Under the pieces are notes generated by a model. The model was not told the DNA's origin. It was given only the letters and a program-made list of their open reading frames with translations, and did not search any database. Positions 18,520 through 26,800 of a DNA stretch of 64,000 nucleotides are shown piece by piece. A program made the translations under genes and the position numbers. Position 1 is the first letter of the stretch, and each line of letters starts with the position of its first letter. The DNA is from an uncultured Bacteroidia bacterium (lineage in GTDB: Bacteria; Bacteroidota; Bacteroidia; J057; CALAJH01), in assembly GCA_937922655.1 (NCBI GenBank), contig CALAJH010000030.1, forward strand, positions 64,107 to 128,106, read 5' to 3'.

Positions 18520-20708
18520 ATTGCGTTCTCGGAGTAATATTGAATTCTGGCAAGTTGGATTTCTTCTTTGGTGAAGTCGGCGCCCAATTTTTGGATGGCG
18601 GCTTCCAAGTCGTCGGAACCCGAGCTTCGGAAATAATCGTAGAGTTCCTCGATGCGCTCGTCGTCCATGATTTCGCGCAACTGATATTTGAGGTTGAGCT
18701 TGGTGCCTGAATAGACGATTTGTTCGATTTTTTCGAGGAGTTCTTCGTAGCTCATGTCTCGCAGGTCGGCGATGTCTTCGAGCGGAGTACGCCGGTCGAT
18801 CTGTTGAATGATGAACAGCTTGTCTTGGGAGTTTTTGCCGCTCGTTTTGACGACGAAGTCCACGGGTTTGACGACCTCTTGTTCTTCAACGTATTTGGCA
18901 ATAAGTTCTACGAAAGGTCGGCCAAATTTTTCCGCTTTTCCTTTACCCACGCCGACGATGTTTTCAAATTCGGCGAGGGTCGTCGGGTACTTGGTGGCCA
19001 TATCCTCGATGGACGTTTCCAAGAAGATGATGTAGGGTGGGAGGTCGTGGCGCTGCGCGGTTTCCTTGCGCAGCTTCATCAACATATCGAAAAGCGTTTT
19101 GTCGTACGCTTTGTAATCTTCTCCGCCCGCCATGGGCGTCATGCCGGCGTCTTTTTCGGTCGGTTCGAAACTGAGGCTGTCCACAAATTGGATGGTAAAC
19201 GGGTCGGAAAGATAATCTAGGCCTTTGGGCGCCAATTTCAATACGCCGTATTCGTGGATGTCTTTGGCCAAAAAGTCGTGAATGAGCAGTTGGCCGAAAA
19301 CGGACTTCCACAATTTTTCGTCGATGTCTTTGGCCGCACCGAAAATCGAAAGTTGGTCGTGGCCGAGTTCTTTGATTTGCTGACTTTGCGAGCCGCGAAG
19401 GACGCTGACAAGATAATTCATGCCGAAGCGTCCGCCCGTTTCGTTGACGGCGCGAAGCGCGAGCGTAACATGTTGCGTTGCGTCGTAGAACGGACGGGGA
19501 TGGCGGCAATTGTCGCACATTTTGCCACAGCGAGAATCCTCAAATTCTTCGCCAAAGTAATGTAGGATTTGTTTGCGACGGCATACGCCCGATTCGGCGA
19601 ACGCCGCCATTTCATATAGAAGGTGTTTGCCGGCTTCGCGTTCGGAAAGCGGCTTTTCCTTCATGAACTTTTCGAGTTTGACGACGTCGCTGAACTGGTA
19701 GAAAAGCACGCAAACACCCTCGAGACCGTCGCGTCCCGCACGGCCCGTTTCTTGATAGTAGCTTTCGATGCTTTTGGGAACGTCGAAGTGTATGACGAAG
19801 CGCACGTCCGGTTTGTCGATGCCCATACCGAAGGCAATCGTCGCCACCACGACCTGAGCCTCCTCCGACAAAAACATGTCTTGGTGTTTGGAACGGGTTT
19901 CGGAATCGAGTCCCGCGTGGTAGGGTACGGCCTTGATGCCGTTGACCACGAAGAGCTCCGCCAATTCCTCCACCTTTTTGCGCGACAAACAATATACGAT
20001 TCCGCTTTTGCCGGGGTTTTGCTTGATGTACTTGACAACCTGAGGAACGGGGTTGATTTTCGGCCGAACCTCGTAATACAGGTTCGTTCGGTTAAAGCTT
20101 GTTTTGAAAACCGAAGCCTCCTCGATTTGGAGGTTGTGGATAATGTCTTGTTGGACTTTGGGCGTGGCCGTGGCCGTAAGCGCAATAATCGGTACGCGCG
20201 GCAGCTTGTTGAGCATCGGACGGATGCGCCGGTATTCGGGGCGAAAGTCGTGGCCCCATTCCGAAATACAGTGCGCCTCGTCTATGGCTACAAAGCTGAT
20301 GTTCACCCCGCGCAAAAACTCCAAAAAATCTTCGCGGCAAAGCGTTTCCGGCGCCACGTACAACAGTTTCAGTCGGCCCTTGACCGCCTTCTTTTTGACC
20401 GCTTCGTAGTCCGAGCGCGACATACTGCTGTTCAAAAAGCCGGCTTCCACTCCGAACGAGTGCATCTGGTCCACTTGGTTTTTCATCAACGCAATCAGCG
20501 GAGAAACCACCAACGCCGTGCCGGGTTGAATCAACGCCGGCAACTGGTAACACAAGGATTTTCCCGCGCCGGTCGGCATGATGACAAATCCGTCGCGCCC
20601 CGACATCAGGTTTTGGATAATTTCTTCCTGTTTGCCTCGGAAACTGTCGTATCCGAAATATTTCTTGAGGGGACGACGAAGATCGGTCCCGGTTATGGTC
20701 GCTACCAA
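18516..20708 (-). CDS. recQ: ATP-dependent DNA helicase RecQ
   Basis: FGYDSFRGKQEEII, Walker A MPTGAGKSLCYQ, DEAH box AIDEAHCISEWGHDFRPEY, the zinc-binding Cys cluster CRRK...CGKCDNC, and RQC and HRDC-like C-terminal regions. The start is apparently TTG. Confidence 0.95.
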   Translation of the reverse strand: MVATITGTDLRRPLKKYFGYDSFRGKQEEIIQNLMSGRDGFVIMPTGAGKSLCYQLPALIQPGTALVVSPLIALMKNQVDQMHSFGVEAGFLNSSMSRSDYEAVKKKAVKGRLKLLYVAPETLCREDFLEFLRGVNISFVAIDEAHCISEWGHDFRPEYRRIRPMLNKLPRVPIIALTATATPKVQQDIIHNLQIEEASVFKTSFNRTNLYYEVRPKINPVPQVVKYIKQNPGKSGIVYCLSRKKVEELAELFVVNGIKAVPYHAGLDSETRSKHQDMFLSEEAQVVVATIAFGMGIDKPDVRFVIHFDVPKSIESYYQETGRAGRDGLEGVCVLFYQFSDVVKLEKFMKEKPLSEREAGKHLLYEMAAFAESGVCRRKQILHYFGEEFEDSRCGKMCDNCRHPRPFYDATQHVTLALRAVNETGGRFGMNYLVSVLRGSQSQQIKELGHDQLSIFGAAKDIDEKLWKSVFGQLLIHDFLAKDIHEYGVLKLAPKGLDYLSDPFTIQFVDSLSFEPTEKDAGMTPMAGGEDYKAYDKTLFDMLMKLRKETAQRHDLPPYIIFLETSIEDMATKYPTTLAEFENIVGVGKGKAEKFGRPFVELIAKYVEEQEVVKPVDFVVKTSGKNSQDKLFIIQQIDRRTPLEDIADLRDMSYEELLEKIEQIVYSGTKLNLKYQLREIMDDERIEELYDYFRSSGSDDLEAAIQKLGADFTKEEIQLARIQYYSENAI

Positions 20709-20887
20709 AGCGATACGGTATTATAATGTGAGTGCGGCAAAACGTTTTTGCCGATTTTCAGTTCAAAATTATGAAAACCCGCAACGAAACACAAAAATAT
20801 TTTGTTGAAATCTTTGAACTTTTTTGAACTCTACGGTTCACAACCCCGTTCCGTGCAATTTTTACCCGACAAACCCGCTTGACCGGG

Positions 20888-23092
20888 TTACGGCGTGAAC
20901 CAATAATTGAGTTTGACGACGACCGCCCGGTTCTTTACTCTGAGCGTGTCGTCGAAATAATTTTCCGTCAAAACAACATATAAATCGGACATTGGCGCGA
21001 AACGCCATTGAAGCCTTGCGTTGAGGTTGAGGTTCCGGGTTTGCGTGTTCAGCTGGGTAAAAATCGTAAAAAACAAGCTTCGGGTAAAGGCAAACTCCAA
21101 TCTTGGCGCCAAAAGCATGAGCGACGCACGGGTTTGAGGCGTTCGGATTTCGTTGCGTTCGGCCGTCAGCGTAAAAATTCCCCACGGTTGCGCACGGTAA
21201 GTTAATTCCAAGCGCCCCAGCCATCGCGTGCCGTTGAAGTACGTACCGTAGAACGACGTGGCGTATACCGAAAACCTTCGGCGGAAATCCGATTGGTACG
21301 AAGCTCCCGCGTTGCGGAAACGGTATTCGGTGCCGGCGGCCAATCGCGTCGCGCCCGTATTCGTTGGGTCGAACGCGAACGTCAGGTACGTATAATTTTC
21401 GTTGAAAAACGCCTTGAATCGGGAAGTGTTTTGAAAATTGATTTCCCAACCCGCCGTAACAAGCGCGTCCCGCAACGCCGCTCGACGGTCGCCGTAAACG
21501 TCCACGTCAATCGCCGGCCCGTGGTTGTTCACTTTTTTGCTTTTCGGAAAAAAATACCACGCCGTTCCTTGTTGAAGGCGCATATAGCCGTTTCGTCTTT
21601 TGTCCTGTACAAAACCGATTTCCGAATCGTAATTTTGACCGACGTATTCCAAATGCAGACTTATGCGCGGTCCGGGCGCGAGGTATTTCCATTCGGCGCC
21701 GGCGGCGTGGTTTTCGCTTTTGGCCAAGTCCGAACGGTGATAAAACGCCTTGCCTTGCCAACGGTTGTTTGCCGAAAAATGGTTGAAGTCCACGCCCCAA
21801 ACCCGGTTGGCGCCGGCGACTTGGGTTGCGTCGAAACCCAGACGTTGAACGAAAATTCCCCCGACGTTCGAGCGTGCGAAAACCTGCCTTTGCACCGCCA
21901 GCGTCGTGTAGTTTTGGGGCGCAAAGCCCGAGCGCCCTTCGGTTTGGATGTTCATCGCCCCAACCCGCCAATTTTTGTCCGCCTTGCCGCTCATGCGTAC
22001 CCCCGCCGTTATCGGAATGATTTGGCCGTTGAAAAATCCGTTGTCCTCGGTGAAAAGCCCAATTCGACGCGAAAAAAACGGACGCAGGTTCGAAAAACCA
22101 AAATTGGCGAACAAATCCCCGTTTTCGATAAAAAATTGTCTGCGTTCGGGAAAGAATATCGAAAATCGGGAAAGGTTGGTTACTTGCGCGTCCACCTCGG
22201 CTTGTGAAAAGTCGGGATAAAAAGTCAGGTCGAGGTTGAGCGAAGGGGTAAGGCCGACTTTGACGTCCCCGCCCACGCCCCATCCCAACGGGAATCCGTT
22301 TTTGCCCGCGAGATAGTCGGCGTTGAGCGTTGTCGAAGCGTAGGGGATGATTGAAACGTTGAGCCCCGGCCTTGGCGGCGGCGCGTCCCATTGCAGTACG
22401 CCCGTAAACGCCAACGTCGCAACGTTGAAGTTGCGCGGAACCGGCGACCACGACGAATTTTCGTTGATTTTGAGATTGTGGCGGGAAAAGTTTACCCTCC
22501 ACCGCGTCGAACCGCCCTTATACCGCAAACTTTTGAACGGTATGGCCATTTCGCAGGTCCACCGGTCGGATTCGTGCCGCGTTCTTGAATGCCAGCGGTT
22601 GTCCCAAATCGTTGTAACGCCTCCCCCTCCGCCGAACTCTATCAAGCCCTCGCGTTGGACGTTCAAAGGCGAAACCGTAAAATTGAAACCGTTGGTTTTG
22701 TCGCCCGTCGGGTCGAAATAAACGGCGAAAGCGTCCGAGCGCGGGTAGGAAAAGTCCCGTTTCAACGTTTGTATCACGTACGGTTTGTGGCGAAGGCTGT
22801 CGTAACATACCGCCGAAACGTAGATGTTTTTTTTGTCGTACAACAAACGGACTTCGGTTTTCGAACGGGCGCGGGACGTGTCGAAGGGAAAAATTTGCCA
22901 AAAGTCGCGGGCGACGTCGGCCTTTTCCCAATCGGGTTCGTCCGCAAGGCCGTCAAGCGTTATTTTTCCTTCGGTTTTGACGATGCGAACCACGCGATCT
23001 TGCGGGCCGACCTCTATCGTCTGCGAACGTCCCGCATAGGGGTCCTGCGCCCAAGCCTGTAAAGCAACCCATAAGGCCGCCGTCCAAAACAT
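20888..23092 (-). CDS. Outer-membrane-associated protein with an N-terminal CBM9/DOMON-like domain (DUF5916-like)
   Basis: Signal peptide is present. KITLDGLADEPDWEKADVARDFWQIFP is typical of CBM9-like modules. A long beta-rich C-terminal region follows. The family name is from memory. Confidence 0.55.
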   Translation of the reverse strand: MFWTAALWVALQAWAQDPYAGRSQTIEVGPQDRVVRIVKTEGKITLDGLADEPDWEKADVARDFWQIFPFDTSRARSKTEVRLLYDKKNIYVSAVCYDSLRHKPYVIQTLKRDFSYPRSDAFAVYFDPTGDKTNGFNFTVSPLNVQREGLIEFGGGGGVTTIWDNRWHSRTRHESDRWTCEMAIPFKSLRYKGGSTRWRVNFSRHNLKINENSSWSPVPRNFNVATLAFTGVLQWDAPPPRPGLNVSIIPYASTTLNADYLAGKNGFPLGWGVGGDVKVGLTPSLNLDLTFYPDFSQAEVDAQVTNLSRFSIFFPERRQFFIENGDLFANFGFSNLRPFFSRRIGLFTEDNGFFNGQIIPITAGVRMSGKADKNWRVGAMNIQTEGRSGFAPQNYTTLAVQRQVFARSNVGGIFVQRLGFDATQVAGANRVWGVDFNHFSANNRWQGKAFYHRSDLAKSENHAAGAEWKYLAPGPRISLHLEYVGQNYDSEIGFVQDKRRNGYMRLQQGTAWYFFPKSKKVNNHGPAIDVDVYGDRRAALRDALVTAGWEINFQNTSRFKAFFNENYTYLTFAFDPTNTGATRLAAGTEYRFRNAGASYQSDFRRRFSVYATSFYGTYFNGTRWLGRLELTYRAQPWGIFTLTAERNEIRTPQTRASLMLLAPRLEFAFTRSLFFTIFTQLNTQTRNLNLNARLQWRFAPMSDLYVVLTENYFDDTLRVKNRAVVVKLNYWFTP

Positions 23093-23369
23093 AATATTAT
23101 GGAAGTTAGGGTGGGGCTAAATCGACAACGACGGCCTGCGGGGATAATCGGCTTCGAGTATTTTATCGGTCGGATTTTGAGCGAACGGGCATCGACAATT
23201 TTTATACAAAAAACATGGTTTTGTTTTTCGTTTTTTACGATGTTTCGGCTTCTCCGGGTCGTGCATGATACCGTTTTCACAATGCAAATATAGCGTTTTT
23301 TAGCCCGTGGATATTTTTGTTTTGACTCTACCGAGTAAACACGTTGTTGGATTTGTGCCGCCTAAGCCG

Positions 23370-23377
23370 TAAATTTG
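23370..23377 (+). promoter_or_regulatory. Bacteroidota -7 box (TAnnTTTG) for the tRNA gene
   Basis: TAAATTTG lies 12 nt upstream of the tRNA 5' end. Confidence 0.45.
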
Positions 23378-23388
23378 CGCAAAATTTT

Positions 23389-23470
23389 GCGGATGTGGCG
23401 GAATTGGTAGACGCGCCGGACTTAGGATCCGGTTCCTGACCGAGTATGGGTTCGAGTCCCTTCATCCGCA
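23389..23470 (+). tRNA. tRNA-Leu (anticodon TAG)
   Basis: Acceptor stem GCGGATG/CATCCGC with discriminator A. Anticodon stem CCGGA/TCCGG encloses loop CTTAGGA. There is a long variable arm and a T-loop GGTTCGAGTCC. No CCA is encoded. Confidence 0.9.
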
Positions 23471-23742
23471 CTTTTTCTTAACGCGGCTTACGTTGTCCGC
23501 ATCGAACGTTCCTCAATCGTTCATCCCGTGAACCGCTTTCGTCGCATATTGTATTGTAAATAAAAAGCATTGCTTTAACTTGTATCTAAAAACAACGATT
23601 TTTATCTCGTTTTTGAGAAAAATAAATTGAATCCGAGGGGTACTTGCGCCTAAACGGCCTTGTTCCGGGTCAATTTATCGATGTTTTTGAAAAGTTTTTA
23701 TAAAATGAAATTGCCAAGCGTCAAACGTTGGGATAAAATAAT

Positions 23743-23750
23743 TAACTTTG
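23743..23750 (+). promoter_or_regulatory. Bacteroidota -7 box (TAnnTTTG)
   Basis: TAACTTTG lies upstream of the CUB-repeat gene (GTG at 23771, ATG at 23822). Confidence 0.45.
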
Positions 23751-23821
23751 CATTGCCGTAACTTTCGAAGGTGAACAATCCACGAAACATTCGGCAACAA
23801 GTTTATAATCAGGTCTTTATC

Positions 23822-26800
23822 ATGAGGAGTAGTACAAAATATAGATGGCCCGGAATTATGGCGGCGCTTGCGCTTGCGTTCGTTTTCCTCTCGGGCCAAG
23901 CATGGGCGCAATGCAGCGGCGTAACCACGCTCACCGCCCCTTCGGGTACGTTTGACGACGGTTCGGGAACGGGTAATTATCAAAACTTTTCCGATTGCGC
24001 ATGGTTGATTCAACCGCCCGGCGCCGTCCGTATCGACATTACCTTCACCGAGTTCAACGTCGAGGCCAATTGGGACTTCGTTTACGTTTACGCCGGCGAA
24101 GACGCCAATGCGCCGTTGGTTGCCACCTTAACCGGTGATTTAACCGCCGGTCTTCCGATTACTTACGTCATCAACGCTTCCGCCGCCTACATTCATTTTA
24201 CCTCCGACGACGTCGTTACCGCTCCGGGATTTACCGTAAGCTATACCTCCAGCGACGAACCCTGTCCAACCATCAGCGTAACGGTCGATCCCGCCTCGGC
24301 CACCGTTTGCCCCAACACGCCCATTACCTTGACGGCGAGCGCCACGGGCGGTTCCGGAAACTATACCTATTCTTGGGCTCCGGCGACCAATCTCAACGTT
24401 ACCACCGGTAATGAAGTGATATCCACCCCCGCCGCCAATCGTACCTACACCGTTACCGTCACCGACCAAAGCACCGGTTGTACGGGTAGCGCGACGGTCA
24501 TTTTGACCGTGCCGACCTTGTCCGTGACTATCCGTCAGATTTCCGCGACGGGAACCCAAAGCGACGGCGGCATTTTCTTTTCATCCGTTACCGGCGGCAC
24601 GCCGCCTTACGAATACAGCCTCGACGGGGTAACTTATCAATCGGGGCGGTTTTTGTCGGGACTTACGGCTGGGACTTATCCCAACATATACGTACGCGAC
24701 GCCAACGGATGCACGGCGGGGCCGTTGAGTCGTACCATTGGTTCGACGGTCAATACCACGCTTTGCGGCGGCACGACGACGCTTACCGCCGCTACGGGAA
24801 CGGTTGAGGACGGTTCGGGTAGTGCAAACTACAATAACAACTCCAATTGCCGTTGGCTGATTCAGCCGCCCGGCGCCACGCAAATTTCCATTTCTTTCAC
24901 CGAATTCAATACGGAAGCCGGTTGGGATTTTGTGCATATTTTTGCGGGTCCCGATGCGAATTCCCCCCTTGTCGCGTCTTACGCCGGCGCTTCCGTTCCG
25001 CCTTTGACCGTGGTATCGGGCGGAGCGGCGTTTGTGTGGTTTCATTCCGACGGTTCGGGAACCCGGCAAGGTTGGAGCTTCAATTATTCGGCCGCGTTTG
25101 TCAATTGCGATCTTACGGTGGAAATTTCCGCCGACGACGACTTCATCTGTTCGGGCGGTTCCGTCGAGCTTAAAGCCCTTCCCGACGGGGGCGACGGCGA
25201 CTATTCTTTTCTTTGGGCGCCCGCCGCAGGTCTCGACGTGACCAACGAAAACATCGTCAACGCCTCACCGGCCGTTACCACCACTTACACCGTCACCGTC
25301 ATTGACGGGCAAGGTTGCGTCGCGCAAGCGAGCCAAGTCGTCAATGTATCCGCCCTGAACTTTACGACCACCGGCTCTTCGGGAACCTTGACCGTCAATG
25401 CCACGGGCGGTTCCGGGCCGTACGAATACAGCCTAAACGGCGGGCCTTTCCAAACCTCCAATACCTTTACCGGACTCGACTCCGGCACCCCGTATTCCGT
25501 AACCGTGACCGACGGCAACTGTTCGATTACCAAAACCGTCGCCCTTCCGCCTTACTGTTCAACGGGCAACGTGCTTACGGCTTTGACGGGATGCTTTACC
25601 GACGGCAGTTACGACGCCGACTATCAAAACAGCGTGAGCTGTTCGTGGTTGATTCAACCGACGGGCGGCGCCAATTTCATTACCGTTACCTTCCCCGCAT
25701 TCAATACCGAGGCTAACTTTGACTTTGTTCGCATTTACGCGGGTACGGACGCGAGTGCGCCATTGGTAGGAAGTTATTCGGGAACGACCAATCCGGGTAC
25801 GGTTTTGGTTGTCGGAAGCACGGCGTTCGTAACCTTTACCACCGATGGATCGGTGGTACGTCCGGGCTTTGAGTTGTGTTATACGGCGTCTCAAGCGGAT
25901 TGCGGCGGTTTTGACGTTTCCGTTTCCGCAGACCCCGCCGCTATTTGCATCGGAGGATCCACCACCCTTACGGCCAACGTTACCGGCGCCACGGGCGACG
26001 TTACTTACTCTTGGACGCCGGGCGGACAGACCACCCCCTCCATCACCGTTTCCCCGACCGCCAACACCACTTACACCGTTACCGTTACCGACGTAAACAC
26101 GGGTTGTTTGGACCAAGCGACGCAAACCATCACCGTCGGCTCGTTTTCTTTCGGCTCGATTCGTGTTTATACCTCGAATCCCGGGCAAAACGACGGCGTG
26201 ATTTACGTCAGAACGGTTACGGGAGGTACGCCTCCGTTAGAATATTCGTTGGACGGCGTAACGTATCAAGCGGGTTCGGTTTTCACAGGCTTGGCTCCGG
26301 GTTCTTATACCGTTACCGTACGCGACGCCGCCGGTTGTACGGGGACTTCGGCCTCTCAAACCATTGCCGAAAATACTGCGGCCGTTTGTGCCGCCGGCGC
26401 GACCTATACCGAACTCGAAGCTTGTTTCGACGACGGTTCCGGCGCCAACCCTTACGCCAACTACTCCAACTGTCGCTGGACGATTCAACCCGACGGCGCC
26501 AACTCCGTCAACATTGTTTTCAGTGCGTTCAACGTCGAAAATCTTTGGGACTACGTTTTCGTTTGGGCGGGAACGGATTTAAGCCAAGCCCCGGTGGGTA
26601 TTTATACCGGTATCACGATTCCACCGACGACGGTCGTCAACGCCGGCTCCGCGACGGTACTTTTCGTTTCCGACAATATTATAACCGAGCCGGGTTTTGA
26701 GCTGTGTTATTTTGGTGTAACGGCCGAATGTAATTTGACCGCCGAAATTTCGCCGAACGCGGTCTCGGTTTGTCCGCAGGTCAATACGACGCTGACCGCT

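Noticed and set aside
19623-20726. A 367-aa plus-strand ORF opposite recQ. Similar long antisense ORFs lie opposite exbBD (38724..39836), the viperin gene (49549..50463), the GT4 gene (51766..52629) and the NTase-phosphatase gene (53449..54834).
   Set aside because: Each overlaps a gene with unambiguous family motifs on the other strand, and none shows recognisable motifs itself.
23093-23821. A tRNA-Leu-adjacent genomic island or integration site upstream of the CUB-protein gene.
   Set aside because: There is no integrase, excisionase or mobility gene in the window. I could not spot a direct repeat of the tRNA 3' end by eye. A computational search for a repeat of at least 15 nt matching 23450-23470 downstream would be needed to revisit this.
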